DNA of 62,000 nt from Lama guanicoe (taxonomy: Eukaryota), in the NCBI GenBank assembly GCA_013239625.1, contig MU053504.1, forward strand, positions 124,001 to 186,000, given 5' to 3'. Each line of letters starts with the position of its first letter. Position 1 is the first letter of the stretch. Both the position numbers and the translations under genes were made by a program. The notes beneath the pieces are model-generated. The model had not been told where the DNA came from. It did not search any database and saw only the letters and a program-made list of their open reading frames with translations. Positions 1 to 13,599 of the stretch are shown here, in pieces.

Positions 1-1790
1 CAGATCTTGGTTTCTAAATGTAGCATCTTCCACTGAAAGGAACCAGGGGTTCTTTGGAGAATGACTCATTTGAAGGCTGGGACAGAGAAAGTACACAGTG
101 AGCCTGGAGCCTCTACTTGTGCTATAAAATAAGTAGAAGTGCTCAAGTAATGCTGGGGACATGTCAAAAGAGCCTAGGAGCTGCTGGCCAAATCTGGGAC
201 AATCTGAGCATCAAAATGAATGATGACAGTAACAGATTACAATGCATTGAATAAAAACAGGACTCCATTAATCTACACTGATATCATTCATACATATATA
301 TATGTGTGTATATATACATACACATACATACATACATAGCATGTGTGGAGGAAGAGAAAACTCTTTCTTACAGTAAAATGTCCAATAATAAATGTAGAAG
401 GAAGGATGGAAATATTATGGTAATATCTGATTCTGGCAAGAATCCTTATTGGATGTAAAAAGAAAACCATTGTGTTAAAAGTTGTTGGGGACAGGACATT
501 TACATAGTCTTAAAGTATCTCCCCCCAAGATAATGTATTAATTACAAGGGGAAGGAGAGTAAATTTATAGTGGAGAAACAAGGCAAATACTCCCTTAATC
601 AAGTGATCAAACGTAACATTGTTACTGAACTCAGGTTCAGCTGCTTGTGGCTCAAGACTCCAATACTGAGAGAAAAGTGGTGGGTAAAAGGAAAGATATC
701 TTTTTTGAGGAAGCTGGCAATCCTGGGGGTGAAGGTGGACTCATGTCCCAAAGAACCAACTGCCGGTTGCTGATTGGGGGAAAGAACTTTAAAGAGAAGC
801 TTCAGGGGTACACAGGCGGTGGTGGTGGGGTTATGTACACAACAGCTCACTCAGCTCTGACAATTATCTTGAAATTTTTCATGCAAGGGTCTGATCAGCA
901 TCATGCTGATTGTTTTAAGTACAGTGAATCTTCAGCTCCAGAGTCAGTTTGTTCCCATTTCCTTGAGGCCAGTTCTTGGAGTTGTGCAAGACAGAGCAGC
1001 TTATGTCATGGCTATAGTCTGGTCATCATGTAGTTAACTTCTTCCATCTGGTGAGGGCTTCCATATCTGTAAAACAGCTCAAAGAATATGGCTCAGAATA
1101 TTATCTATAGCCCTTGAGGAAGAACTAAAAGTAACTAAAAGTCCTTCACTTTGTTTAATGGCTGAATTATTATTATTTTGTCTTGTTTGACCATTTTCCT
1201 TTGCTTCTTCACTTTCTCATTTCTCTGATTAAATTAATTCTTAGGCTAAAATTTTCCACAGACAAGAGGCAGGCGGAGAAATGGGGCGGGGGTTGCTGTC
1301 TGTTCTGGGAAGGTCCCATAGGGTCCTGCTGCTCCATTACAGCATCATTTGTTATGGGACAAATTGGTAGGATGCACAAAGAGTGCAAAATCACTTCTGG
1401 GATGTTCTTGAGAAAGATGCAAAACCTAAGTCTAATCACAGGGAGCCATCGGATAAACTCCAATTGAGGAACATTCTACAAAATAGGTGGCCCCGTAATC
1501 TTGGTAAATGTCAAGATAATAAGAGGCAAGGAAAAACTGAAGGATTCTTCCAGATGAAAGGACATGAAAGAGATATGACAACAAAATACAATAAGTATTT
1601 CTAGATGGATCTTTTTGTTTTATTGTAACAGATTATTATTGGGACAAAAAAAAAACACTAAAAAAAGCAAGTGTGTTTAACTGCCAACATTTGGAAATTC
1701 TGGGTAAAGTATGTATGGGAATTCTTTGTACAATATTTCCAACTCTTCCCTAAGTTTAAAATTATTTTAAAATAGAACGTTTTTTAAAAA
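1..1790 (+). mobile_element. Old L1 (L1MC-like) 3' region, interrupted by an LTR and a TA/CA microsatellite (288-338)
   Basis: Diagnostic old L1 3'UTR strings such as gggtaaagtatgtatgggaattctttgtacaatatttccaac...aaattattttaaaata. Confidence 0.6.
620..1341 (-). mobile_element. Solo ERV1-type LTR inserted into an old L1MC-like fragment
   Basis: TG...CA termini (tgttactg...cattaca) and a near-TSD acat/gcat. L1MC-like sequence resumes on both sides. Confidence 0.7.
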
Positions 1791-2047
1791 AGTCATTCAG
1801 ATGAGATGGAAACCATACAATATCAGGTCGTGATTAGTGATATACAGAAAAATGAAGTAGGCAGGGAATGGCACCGTAGGGTTGGTGCAATTCTAGATGG
1901 TGTGGTCAGGCAGGCGTCTCTGGGAAGGGACTTTTTAGCAAAGACCTGGGTGAAGGGAGGGAGGGAGCCCTGTGGATATGGGGGGGACCACGTTCCAAGG
2001 TGAGGAACCCACCAGAGAAAAGGCACAGAATGGAGCCAGCTTGGTGT

Positions 2048-2285
2048 GTGTATTAGTTTGTATTACCATGTGACAAATGACCACAAACTTAGTGGCTTAA
2101 AACAGCACCCATGTAGCTTGCAGTTCTGTAAGTCAGAAGTCTGGCACAGTCAGCTGTGCCGTATAACATAACCTAATCACGGGAGTAAACCCCATCATAC
2201 TCACGGTCCAGAGGATTCTGCTGGACATGCACACCTGGGGGCCTGGAAATCTTGGGCACCATCTTAGAATTCTTCCTACCATGGT
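2048..2285 (-). mobile_element. MaLR (MLT1-type) LTR fragment
   Basis: tgtattagttt...caaatgaccacaaacttagtggcttaaaacagcac is the typical reverse MLT1 3' end. Confidence 0.65.
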
Positions 2286-2521
2286 AGGGGTTTGAGAATC
2301 AAGGAAGCCAGTGGGGCCAAAGAGTGAGCCAGGGGAGGGGGAGCAGGGGTAGGAGAGAGCAGAGTATCTCAGGTGGAGAGATACATGTAAACCATAAAGC
2401 CCAATGGAAAACTGAGGTCCAGAAAGTGACCTTGTGCATTTTTTGCTCCTGAATAAGGGGGAGTTTGTGCCAGTTCCCCATTGACTCACTTGAAACAAAG
2501 AGCAACCCTGGGATAGGAGTC

Positions 2522-2942
2522 AATAGATGATTTCAGTCATACATATACATACATATGTTTTCATATTCTTTTTCATTATAGATTACTACAAGATATTGAA
2601 TATAGTTTCCTGTGCTGTACAGAAGAAATTCGGTCTTTTAAATCTATTTTATATATAGTAGTTAGTATTTGCAAATCTCAAACTCCTAGTTTATCCCTTC
2701 CCACCCTTTTCCACCTGGTAACCATAAGTTTGTTACTATGTCTGTGAATCTGTTTCTGTTTTGTGGGTAAGTTCATTAGTGTCTTCCTTTTTTTTTTTCA
2801 GATTCCACATATGGGTGATATCATATGGTATTTTTCTTTCTCTTTCTGGGTTACTTTACTTAGTATGACAATCTCCAGATGCATCCATGTTGCTGCAAAT
2901 GGTATTATTTTATGCTTTTTAATGGCTGAATAGTATTCCATT
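2522..2942 (-). mobile_element. L1 3' end (ORF2 C-terminus plus 3'UTR), lineage-specific
   Basis: Encodes MEYYSAIKKHKIIPFAATWMHLEIVILSKVTQKEKEKYHMISPICGI, the L1 ORF2 C-terminal signature. Confidence 0.9.
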
Positions 2943-3429
2943 GAACTTCCTGGGCTCAGAGGTACTTTATGCACGCACACACACACACACTCGAAAATGG
3001 ATATAAACACTTTACTTCTCCCCTTTTTACAAGAGGAGCTGATCTACCTGCTTTCTTCCCCTTGGCAATGTGTCTTAGAGACTCTTCTGATGAGCTCATA
3101 TGGAGCTACCCATTCTTTTGTACAGCAGCTGGGCTGTCTGTCATTTGGATGAACACTGTTTATGAACTACCTCTGCCTGCAACCTGACCACTTATTCTCC
3201 CAACACCCTGAGCACTCTTGGCCTCTCCCTGGGCCCTGCAAGGGTCACTGAAGCTCCGTTCAGCCCACTTCTTCCACTCAGATGATGAGTGCAGGATCTG
3301 TCTGCCCAGTGGCTGCCCAACAAGGTTGAGTTACACTACCCAGAAGTGTGTAAGAGTCATACACACAAGGGTTAAGGCCCCAGCCCTGGGGGGCAAATGT
3401 CCAAAGAAAGTCAGAAAGCAGGGCAGAGA

Positions 3430-3560
3430 GGGGGAGGGTATAGTTCAAGTGGTAGGGTACTTGCTTAGCATCCACAAGGTCCTGGGTTCAATTCCCAGTA
3501 CCTCCTCTAAACAGATAAATAAATAAGTAAACCTAATTACCTCCCCCTACAAAAAAAAAA
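3430..3560 (+). mobile_element. tRNA-derived camelid SINE (Vic-1-like)
   Basis: GGGGAGGGTATAGTTCAAGTGGTAG...GGTCCTGGGTTCAATTCCCAGTACCTCC head with A/B boxes, an ACCTAATTACCTCCCC tail and poly(A). Near-TSD AGAAAGCAGGGCAG (3413) / AGAAGGCAGGGCAG (3570). Confidence 0.9.
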
Positions 3561-3604
3561 TGTTCTAGTAGAAGGCAGGGCAGGGGGCTGAGGGTTTAGT
3601 CCTG

Positions 3605-4690
3605 CCAATCTAAACATGGTTGCCGCCTCTTCTATACACACATCCAAATTTCTCTACAGTGTCTCCAGGAATGGGATTGCTGGGTTGTAGAGGAAGTGCA
3701 AAATAATACCACGTCTTCTCCAAAATTATTATACAAATTGACCCCCCTAAAACCAGTGTCAAGGAGTTCTCCTTATCCATGTAAGTGATCATATTTGGAT
3801 TTGTCCAGCTTTTTAAGTTTTTCCAATCTAGTGGACGTGAAATGAGCTTTTAATTTGAATTTCACTAATGACTAAGAGATTGAGCATCTTTTCATATGCT
3901 TATTGGCTGTTCATGTTTTCTGTTTTCTATGTTCAAAACTTCAGCCTGCTTTTCTTTTTGATTGTCTTACTGATTTGTAGGAACTCTATATGTTTTGGAT
4001 ACTAACCTTTGTCAGATTGCTATAAACATTTCCCAGTTTGTGGCTTATCTTTTCAGTTTTTTATGGTGAACTTTGTTCAAAGTCTTAATTCAAATATAAA
4101 TTAGTTTATTAATAGTTGCCTTTCATGGTTGAGACTTTTTACTTCTTGTTTAAGAAATCTTCTCCAACCCAGATCCATCCCAATCTTTCCACATGCATAT
4201 GTACATGTATTAAAAATGAAACATATTGGGGAGAGGATATAATTTAGTGGTAGAATGCATGCCTAGCATGCACAAAGTCCTGGGTTCAATCCCCAGTACC
4301 TCCCCTACAAAACAAACAAACAAACAAACAAACAAAATGAAACATACTTTATGTTCTTTTTTGCAGTGAGTTTTCTACCTAACAATATAGTGTGAACATT
4401 TTTCCATGTCTAAAATTCTACAGCATCATTGGTAAATGGTTGCTTAGTTTCAATTGTATGGAATATACTATTTACTGAATCCCCTGTGGATGAACATCTA
4501 TGTTGTTTTCAACTTTATCAGCCATTACCATCAATGTTGCCAAAAACATCCTGAGCTACTGTGGTCCACATCCATGGTGGTTTCTTGTAGATAAAGTCCT
4601 AGGAGAGAAATTGCCCATCCAATTAGAGATTTCTGAGCCATTGTACCAAATTTGCCAGAGGTCTCACTTTTGATTCCTTTCCCAGAAACA
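3605..4690 (-). mobile_element. Degenerate old L1 fragments
   Basis: Strings such as gattgagcatcttttcatatgcttattggc and ttggatactaacctttgtcag are typical of antisense L1 ORF2/3'UTR. Confidence 0.6.
4228..4333 (+). mobile_element. tRNA-derived camelid SINE with (CAAA)n tail, inserted in an old L1
   Basis: Same head sequence. Perfect TSD AAAATGAAACATA at 4213-4225 and 4334-4346. Confidence 0.9.
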
Positions 4691-5562
4691 GTATGACATT
4701 GTATTAAATTGCCCTTCCCAAGAGTCTTGAATGGGCAAAGTAGATGGATGGCACTGGGTAGGGGGTCCTGGAGACTGCATTTGGGGCAGGCATGTTCAGT
4801 TGCATGCATGGAGACCGTCACTCTGGCAGATGAAGATTTTATCCACCCTCTTCCTTCTCACCCCATCCGCCAAGGGGGATGACTTATTAGGTGGTGTTGC
4901 CTGAAAAGAGCAAAGAAGTGCCCAGTGAGACCAGCTCGGTGATGATTCTCTGCTAATTGCATTTGAATGGTGTAAGTTACTGCCTCAGTAAGACCCTCTG
5001 TGCATTGAGGACTGGAAAGGGTGTTATTTACCTGCCACTGGGGCAGGGCAAGCAAACTTCTCATGAAATGTTTGTCCAGTGAACTGAGTTTAAAAAGTCC
5101 CCCAGAGAGCTCTCAGCTTGAGAACTTGAAAACCTTAGATCTGGACTCCCATCTAGCTGGGGGTATCAAACTTCTCATACTTAAGCATTTAATTGAGCAA
5201 ATATCAACATCTATCTTTTTTTAAAAAATAGCAATTGATACTAATTTTCATTTATGGTGGTGGTATAAAGTTTTCCATTAGCGTGAATTGGCTTTATTTT
5301 TTAAAATAGGGCAATTTAAATAAAAATAGTAAGCAAATTTTATAAAGTACAGGCAGAGTGCAAATGGGAGTTGGTGGGAGTTATATGAGAATGTTGAAAC
5401 TTTGAGAAACGCTGACTTACTGGAAACCCCTTCCTCTGAAGAAGTCTAAGACATGGCAGGGTTAGGTCAGGGAAAAACAGAGCCTCCGGACTCAAAGGAG
5501 GGCTCTGGAAGGCTCCAGAAGTCAGAAGTTGGGCAATCAGGAGGGGCAAGCCATTCTTCATG

Positions 5563-5915
5563 TTTTTTTTTTTTTTTAGTTGAAGTATAGTCAGTTTACA
5601 ATATGTCAGTTTCTGGTGTACAGTGTAATGTTTCCATCTATATATATATTCCTTTTCATATTCTTTTTCATTATAGGTTGCTACAAGATATTGAATATAG
5701 TTCCCTGTGTTATACAGTAGAAACTTGTTTATCTATTTTATATATAGTAGTTAGTATCTGCAAATCTAAAACTCCAAATTTATCCCTTCCCATTCCCTTT
5801 CGCCCCTGGTAACCATAGGTTTGTTTTCTATGTCTGTGAATCTGTTTCTGTTTTGTAAATAAGCTCATTTGTATCTTTTTTTCTTTTTAGATTCTACATA
5901 TAAATGATACCATAT
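5563..5915 (-). mobile_element. 5'-truncated L1 3'UTR with poly(A)
   Basis: A poly(T) start, then sequence highly similar to 2540-2800 (tacaagatattgaatatagttccctgtg...aaccataggtttgttttctatgtctgtgaatctg). Confidence 0.88.
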
Positions 5916-8064
5916 TTAGGGACTAAAAGGCGTTTTCTCTTTATGCCACTTAACACTTGTAGCAACTTTGTGAAGTTTCAGGCAATGAGGAGGTTACCCC
6001 ATCTCTTTACAGAGGGAATGAGGACCAGGACACCCACAGCCCTTTTATGATAACAGTCATAACAACAACCATTAGCATTTATTGACCACCTGCTGTGTGC
6101 TGGTTCTCTGCTAAGCAGCCTTGGCTGTGTCCATGAAGGCTTCACACTAACCTTATGGTGTGGGATCTGTCACCTCCCAGAAAGTGTCGAGGGAGAAGTT
6201 ATCAATTCATGGTGCCTGCTCTTGTCAAAACTTGAATTCCAATAAGGGAAAGAGAGACAGAAAATAACCATGGAAAGACATAAATGAATGAGATAATTTC
6301 ACATAATGATAAATGCTATGAAGAAAACCAGCAGGGCAATAAGATGTGGTCTCTGGAGGTAGGGAAGGGATTACTTCATATGAGGCCATCAGGGGTGGCT
6401 TCTCTGAGGAGGTGACATTAGGAGTGGAGTCAGTAATGTACTGGATTTGAACCGGGGTCATTCTAGAGCCTTTCTCGTGACCCCAAACCTATGCCTCCTC
6501 TGGCTCATGTGGATCACAGAATGCTTCTGCCAGAGACACCTAGCTCCCTTGTTAAGAGTCCTGGAGTTGTGGCTGATGGGTGGAGTGTCTAGGACCTAGG
6601 AATGGAAGGATGATAAGATACCTGAGTCAGAAGAGGTCATACCCATGGGGCTTCCCTGTCCAGTTCCAGGAGCTCTGTGTTCTCAGCCTCATAGGGCTTG
6701 TACAGCTCCTGGAGGTCTCTCTAGGTGATCCCTCTGGCCAGAGGGGGAACCAAGTCCTAAAGAAGAGGTGCGCCATTCCGAGAGTTGAGGCTTATAGTTG
6801 TGCCAGTGACGGGCTCAGGGGTGCCCAGCTTGGGGCCACGCGGCTGCCTTGCACCCTGCTGAAGGGCTCGTAGCAAGAGAAATGGGTGCCTATTTCTAAT
6901 TCACACAAAGGAATGCTGTGGGCCAGTGGCGGGCCTGAGCCTGGTGGGTGATGACGGTAGAGATTAGCTCCCATGTCGCCTGCACCTCTCCCGCCTGCTT
7001 CCAGGCTTTGTCCCTGCTGGCTGGGAGGGCAGCAGGCGGAGCACCATCACTGTTTGAGGACTGCAGCCCTCCTTGATGGTGGTGAGGGGGGAGGGGGGCC
7101 TTCGCAGGCCTATCATGGGCCTTCAGGGGCAGCGAAGAGGAAGGGCTGGGACTCCCTGGGGTTTTTGTGGAGCTGACAGGCTAAGGAGTGGGCAGGGCCT
7201 CGGGCAGGGGTGGCCCAGAAAGGCCTTATCTCCTCAGGGCCAGGGTCTGCTCATGTTCCCAGCCTGCACTATGGGCTGGAGCTGCCAGCCTGCGACTGGG
7301 GACCACAGCAAATTTGCATTTATATTGGAGACTTCTGTTTCCAGGGCCTGGGTGCGGGTGGGGGAGGGTGGCCACCGTGGTCAGCTGAGCAGGAGGCGGG
7401 AGAGGAGGGGCCTCCAGCCCCGTCCTGCCAGGGGCACAGGAAGTGGCCAGTGGGCTGGGCCTCCCTGGCTGAGGAACAGTGGCACAGAAGGTTCTCTGGG
7501 CACAAGGCCGGCCCTGACAGCCTGCCGGTCCACCCTCCCAGCCGCTTGCCAACATCGGCTGGGAGTTGGCTCTGCCCCGTGGGCCTGGGAGAAAGGTCAG
7601 AGGCCTGTGCCAGCAAGGGACCGGGTGAGGCAGAAGCACTCCTGGGACAGAGTGCAACTGTGCATCGTACTGTCCCACCCTCTTCTCAACCTGTGAAGTG
7701 GTTTCAGCCAAGAAAAGCCAGGGCTCAATGGCGCTGAGCAATGAGTGCGGGGTTCTCTGGCTCGTAATCCAGTGCCCCAGGAAGCCGCCGCCTAGTAACA
7801 CGTTGGGCGCTCGTGTGCTCTGGAGATACACAAAGTGCTCTGTGACTTTGGGGGCAGAGAGGAGTTGACACCCCTGTTGTATTTGATTTCTGGAGAGTCA
7901 AAGGAGCTCATCACAGACTCATAACACCCTTAGAACCAGTTTTGTGATGGTTCAGGAGTCAGGTTTCATTTTATGGAGAAGTCCATGGTCATAACCATGT
8001 TCAGACCAGGCTGACTGCTGCCTCTGGGGAATGCACCTTCTCCTCATGAGATTTTATAATGCAG

Positions 8065-8225
8065 AAGGAAGGAAAGAAAGGAGAGAAGAAAGGAGGAAGG
8101 GAGGGAGGAAGAGAGGGAAGCATGGAAGGAAGGAGTAGAAGGAAAGAAGGAAGAATGGAAGGAGGGATGGGCGGAAATTAGGAGGGAGGGAAGGGAAAGA
8201 GAGGAGGCGAGAAGAGAGGACAAGT
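8065..8225. repeat. Polypurine (GGAA/GAAG-rich) tract
   Basis: About 160 nt of almost pure A/G on the plus strand. Confidence 0.85.
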
Positions 8226-8769
8226 CAAGGCCAGAGGGCTGGGGAGAGCTGGCCCGGCCCCGGCAGTATGCTGGTTGCCCTTATGGACCCAGAGCGGTTG
8301 GGAGTCCCCGCCTGGCTGTTGTAGGGAGTGGTGCTCCCCTCCCCATCCTCCTGCTCCTCCTACTACAGCTGAGGCCCCCTGTGGCTGGCTGAGCCCTGAT
8401 TCAGACTGGGGAGCTGTGACTGCCTGGTGGGTGCTCCAGGGAGCAGAGGTCAGGGCTCCATTGTGATCCTGGGGCTCAGCTCTGCTTGACCCAGGCTTTA
8501 TCTTTATCCCTTCGTGCTTTGTTGCCTCTTGAGGAGGGCTCTGCCTTGCTCTTTGGTCTCTCTTCACTCCCTCCCTCCTCCATCCCTCCAGACGGAGGTC
8601 TTGGCCCCCTTCCCCCAGCCTGTGATTGTGGGCTCGCAGCTGACAAACCTCCTGGTCCTGGCTCTCCATCCAGCAGCACGAGCCCTCCCTGTCTGTCACC
8701 AAACAGTCAGGATGGCCTGTTCCACCTGCCAGGCTGGCTATTGCCCAGCTTAGTCTTGGGAAATGAGGA

Positions 8770-9005
8770 CCGGCTTTGACAACTCACTGTCTAGGTTCAA
8801 ATCCTGGCTGTGCCTCTTCCTAGCTGTGTGGCCTTGGGCAAGACCCTTTGCTTCTCTGAGCCTCTGGCTCCTCATCAATAAATGAACATAATGCTAGGAC
8901 CTGCCTCTTGGATGGCTGTGTGGATTATATAAGATCATGCATGGAAAGTGCTTGGCTTGGTGTCTGGCATCTAGTAAGCACCCAATATCTATTAGCTCTT
9001 ATTAT
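8770..9005 (+). mobile_element. MIR SINE (representative of many MIR copies, e.g. about 12950-13190, 22380-22590, 27670-27880, 38590-38820, 40170-40405, 51400-51600, 61080-61320)
   Basis: MIR core: ggttcaaatcctggctgtgcctcttcctagctgtgtggccttgggcaag...cttctctgagcctc...ctcatc. Confidence 0.8.
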
Positions 9006-9209
9006 CCAAACTTGATCTTTCAGCCTAGTAGGGGTGTCAGGTTCCAGGGACCTGTCCCTGTGCTTCCTCCATTAACCTTTTATGCCTAGTGTTACATGAT
9101 ATGACTGTTTCAACACATATAGGATTAAATCCTGCCACTGTTATACTACTGCCATTCTCCCAGCTAACATTTAATGAGTGCTTATGATGAGCTATGCATT
9201 GTTCAAGCA

Positions 9210-9686
9210 TTTAAAAATATAACTCCAAATTCCCTGACAATCCTCCTGTCAAGAGGTGGGGGTCTATGTTCCCTCCTGTGATTGTTTCTAGAAATAAAGT
9301 GTGGCATAAATGACTTCTGAGGCTAAGTTAGATGTGGCCGTACCCCTTGTGCTTGGGTTTCAGGGGACACTCATTCTTGGAACCCAGCGCCATCCCGCGA
9401 GGAAGCCCAGGACCCAAGAAGAGGCCACACATAGGTGTTCTGGCCAATAGCCTCAGCTGAGCTAGGCTTGGCTGCCAGACATGTAAGGCAAGACACATCC
9501 AGATGATTCCGGTGCCCAGCCTTTAACTTTTTCCAGCTGAGGCCCCAGATATTGTAGAATGGAAGGAAACCATCTCCAATATGCTCTGTCTGAATTCTTG
9601 ACCCATGAGAATCCGTGAGCATAAGAACCTGGTTAACAACACTGTGTTTGGGGTGGGTTGTTACTCTATGGTAAATAACCGGAATC
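9210..9686 (+). mobile_element. MaLR MLT1 LTR inserted in a MIR
   Basis: gacttctgaggctaag...gaggccacacatagg...tctgaattcttgacccatgagaatccgtgag...gggtgggttgttactc. Confidence 0.7.
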
Positions 9687-10329
9687 CCGGCACCGACTCA
9701 GGAGGTGGTCATTATAGTCATCTCCATTTCTTAGAGGAGGAAATTAAGACCCAAGATGCTTCGATGAGTTGCCCAAAGTCACAGGGTCCATAGGAGCGAG
9801 AATTTGTGCTCATGAGTCAGCTTTGAAACCATGCACCAAAGAATTGTGCCCCATCCTCCAGGACTCGGTGGGCCAGAGAGGATATTGGATATCAATCTGA
9901 GGGCCTTGGGGGCTGCAGGAGGTCACTGTGGTGGGATTTGTGAGATCAGAAGAGGGCACCAAGAAGCTGTCTTGGGTGCCATGTGGAGTGGGGTGAGAAG
10001 GGGATGGAGGTGGCCACCAGGATGGACAATGCCATCCTGCCATGGTCCACTGTCCTCTCTCTGCCTTGCCTCTCAGAGCTGTGAAAACCACAGTAGGAGC
10101 CCTGGTCTCAGGCCCTCACAAGCTCTGCACCTGTCAGAGCTTGGCCCAGAACTGGGGTGACCTGGGCTGTGCCCAGGGATAGGCAGAGCTGGGCAGCAGA
10201 GGCCAGGGGCTTCAGGGACTGTGTGAGCAGAAAAAAGACTCAGGAAAGTCCTCTGCCCTGTACGCCTCGAGATGGGCCACAGCACTCCAAGATCACCTGT
10301 GCCAACAGCATCTGTTTGTTTTGGAGTTG

Positions 10330-10780
10330 ACTATGAGTGGCAGAGATTCCCAAAGAAGAATGACTTAAAGGAGACAGTGATCTTTCTTATAATCAGTCTG
10401 GAGGCAGGCAGTCCTAGGCTAGCAAGATGGCTCCCTGATCCCGGGGGACCCACGCTCCTTCTATCATATTGTGCCACATTCCTCAACACCTCATGGCCCA
10501 AAATAGCTGCTTGTTCTCCAGCCATCATGTTTATATTCCAGCCAGAGGGAAGGAGGAAGAGGCAAAGAATCCTTCCCCGCTCTTTAGGGACCTCCCAGAG
10601 AAGTATATGTAGTACTGTACTTACCTCCTCTTGGCCAAGATGGGGACGCATGGCCACACCTAACTGCAAGAGGCCAGGAAGTGTGGTCTCTATTCTGGTG
10701 TCCATGTGTCCAGCTATGTTTTGGGGTTTCTAATACTAAGGGAAAGGGAGATAATGGACATGGGGAAGGTCTAGCAATGC
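10330..10780 (-). mobile_element. MLT1J/K-like MaLR LTR
   Basis: ccagccatcatgtttatattccagcc...catggccacacctaactgcaagaggccaggaagtgtggtc. Confidence 0.6.
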
Positions 10781-11669
10781 CAGCCATCCTGACAACCTGG
10801 CAGCCAGAGTGTTTTGAAACTCAGATTGGATCATTTTTATTTCCCAGCTTAAAACCGTCCTGTAGCTCCCACTTCTCCCACGATAAAGGCTAACTCCTTA
10901 TCCAGCCCTCAGGGCTGCCTGATCTCAACCTGACCCACCTCTGTTGCCTCATCCTCCCCAACCCATCTCCAACACTGAACTCAAACCATGCCCACCTGCA
11001 CCCTTTGTGCTCTGATTATTTGGAAAATCCATAATCAGGATGAACCACAGAGGCAGTTAATGACTATAAGGGCTGTGGTTATGAAGCCCCTACTATGTGC
11101 CAGCTACATACACACACTTTCTTCATGTTCACAACAGCCCTGTGAGATCAGTACTATTAAGACCTCCTTTTAAATAAAGAAACAGAAATGCGCTGGGTGG
11201 AGCTGTGCCGTGATCTCCTAGCTCCACTGCCTTGCTGAAGAGAAATGACATCGATGGGCATGGTGCTTTATTGTATGCACACTTTCCCTTCCATCATCTC
11301 ATGCAGTCCTCACAGCTACTGTGCCGCTTTTGCAAATGAGGAAATGGAGGCTCAGAGAAGGACAGTGACTTCCTCAAAGTCACATAACCAGGTGGTAGCC
11401 ATGTCCTGATTGGAACCCTGGTTTGCCTGCCCTTTGCCTCCTGGCAGCAACCCCGTGTGCCTCCCCTGTGAGGAGGAGGAGTGAGGGAAGACCACGCTCT
11501 ACCCTTCATGGTCCTGGTGAAACTGACAGGGATTCCAAAGTCCAGCCTTCAGATGAGGAGGCTGAAGTCCCCAGAGGGAAGGAACTTGCCCGAGGTCCTA
11601 CACAACATCAGGGGTACTGCTGGCAAGGGACTCAGGTCTCCTGATTTCCAGTGAAGAGATCTTGCACAC

Positions 11670-12350
11670 TTAGCGCATTCATGCACAAATATTTATTGAG
11701 CACCTACTGTGTGCCAGGCACCATGCTAACCTCTGGGAATCACAAAGGAAACAGACATAAATCCCTGTTCCTCATGGAGCTGACATTCTAGGGCAAAGTG
11801 TGGGAGGTGGAGACCAAAACCAACCAAATAAATCTTCAGCAGCTATTGTCTTCCCTCTCTATTTCTTTCCTTCAACAAATATTTATTGAGAACTATATTT
11901 CTGTAAGACAGACATGGTCCTGACTCTCCTGGAGTGAGAGTCTAGTGGTGGAGACAGGCACTAAATGAGGAGACACATAAATAAACAAGATAAATTCAGA
12001 TAGTAATAATGGCTGAGACGAAATCAAGGTTAAGTGCTAGGGAGGGAGGGGGAGGGGAGGTAGTGAGCGCTTTAGATGGTGTGCGCAGTGAAGGCTTCTC
12101 TGAGGAAGCCAGTGAGGAAGTGACTCTTGAGCTGAGACCCAGGGGTGTGAAGCGACCAAGCAGGGTGTTCCTGGTGGAGGGCATGGTGAGTGCAAAGGTG
12201 CAGAGGTAGGATAGAGCTGGGGCGTGTGGTGTGGGAGTTGCTGAGAGAAAGCCAGGGTGGCTGGAGCAGGGGAGAGGGGGAGGCTGGCAGGAGGGAGGGG
12301 GCTTGAGAAAGGCCAGGGTGCCCTCAAGGGGCACTGAATAAAGAGGGGAT
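11670..12350 (-). mobile_element. L2 3' fragments
   Basis: caaatatttattgagcacctactgtgtgccaggcac, ctcatggagctgacattctag and gaaggcttctctgaggaag. Confidence 0.7.
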
Positions 12351-13599
12351 TGACTAGACCCCCACGGGGCACTGTTCAGGGAGACCGGTCATCCCTACAT
12401 CTGGGGGTTTCCCAGCCAGACCCCCGAGGGGTGGGGGCCGAGCACCTGCTGGCCTGGCACTGCCTGCCTCTGCAGAGATAAAGCCTCCCAGCCCCCTGCA
12501 GGGGAGCCCCCTGGGCAGTTCCTCCACCTGCACAGCCAGGCAGGGCCTTGTGTGCTGGCTCTGATGGGCACACCTGGTGCTCTCACTTGCCTGCTGTCTG
12601 TCCTGATTTAGGGGCTCATCCTGGCTGCTTTTGGGGCCTGTTCCCTGAAGTCCACCTGCTGGAACAAGGCAAGCTGAGGAGGAGGAAGCAGGCTCTGGGA
12701 GCGGCCAGGGGAGAAAGCATGCCTCAACCCGGCAAGCCCATGGGACCGAAAAAGGAGTAGTCCTGAGCATCTTTGAAACCCCAGACCTCCTTTCTCTAGT
12801 CATCCTTCCCAGGATGGCAGAGAGCCTGGGGCTTGGGCAAGAAACAAGTTTCAAGAGCCAGTTTAGCTGTTATGCTTAGAAATTGTCTTTCCCTCTCTGG
12901 GCCTTAGTATCCTCATCTGTATAATGGAAGGGTTGACCTGGCAAAACTCATGGTGTGGACTCTAGAGCCAGGCTGTGTGAATCTTCACTCTACCATGTAG
13001 TGGCTGTTCAAACCTAGCTATATTACTTTCAGTGCCTCAGTTTACCCATCTATAAAATGGGGGTATAATAATAGCACCTATTTCAAGAGTTGTGGGAAGA
13101 TTAAGTGAGTCATGTGTCCCTGGTGCTTAGAACAGTGCTTGTACCATGGTAAGTGTTCTGTTTAACTCTGATTGTTATTATTATTCAAATCTTCAGAGAA
13201 CTTTTTACTGGAAAGACTCAGGAGAGATAACTGAGTCGTTTGTTTGCAAACTTTTTGGTCTTTGTTTTTAACAAGAAGCTCTGCATTGCTCAAGAGAAAT
13301 TTTACTCAGAGCCCCAGCTGTTCAAGGGGCTAGAAGGAGGGGGCGCCTGCCCCACCTGCTCCCCCGTCTCTGTGTCTGCAGCCCCCAAGGGGGCTACTGG
13401 AGCATAATATGAAAACTCCTGCTCAGTCTGTCTCCCTTAGCCTACAGTCAGGGAAACTGAGACTCAGAGAGGGGCAGGGATCAGCCCAGGTCCCACAGGG
13501 AGTGGGTGGCTTAGCCTAGCCTAGAACTCAGATCTCCTGGTTTTCTCAATGCAAGACAAGGAGCAAGTGCTGGGAGAAAAGCAAGGACCAGAAGCCACT

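Noticed and set aside
3430..3505. tRNA-like sequence with A and B boxes (also at 4228, 31380, 34246 and 51135)
   Set aside because: These are SINE heads with A-rich tails, several with TSDs, not tRNA genes.
7073..7831. Overlapping 175-207 aa ORFs on both strands
   Set aside because: Composition is rich in Gly/Pro/Arg/Ala/Trp, as expected from stop-poor GC-rich DNA. There is no recognisable domain or splice-consistent structure.
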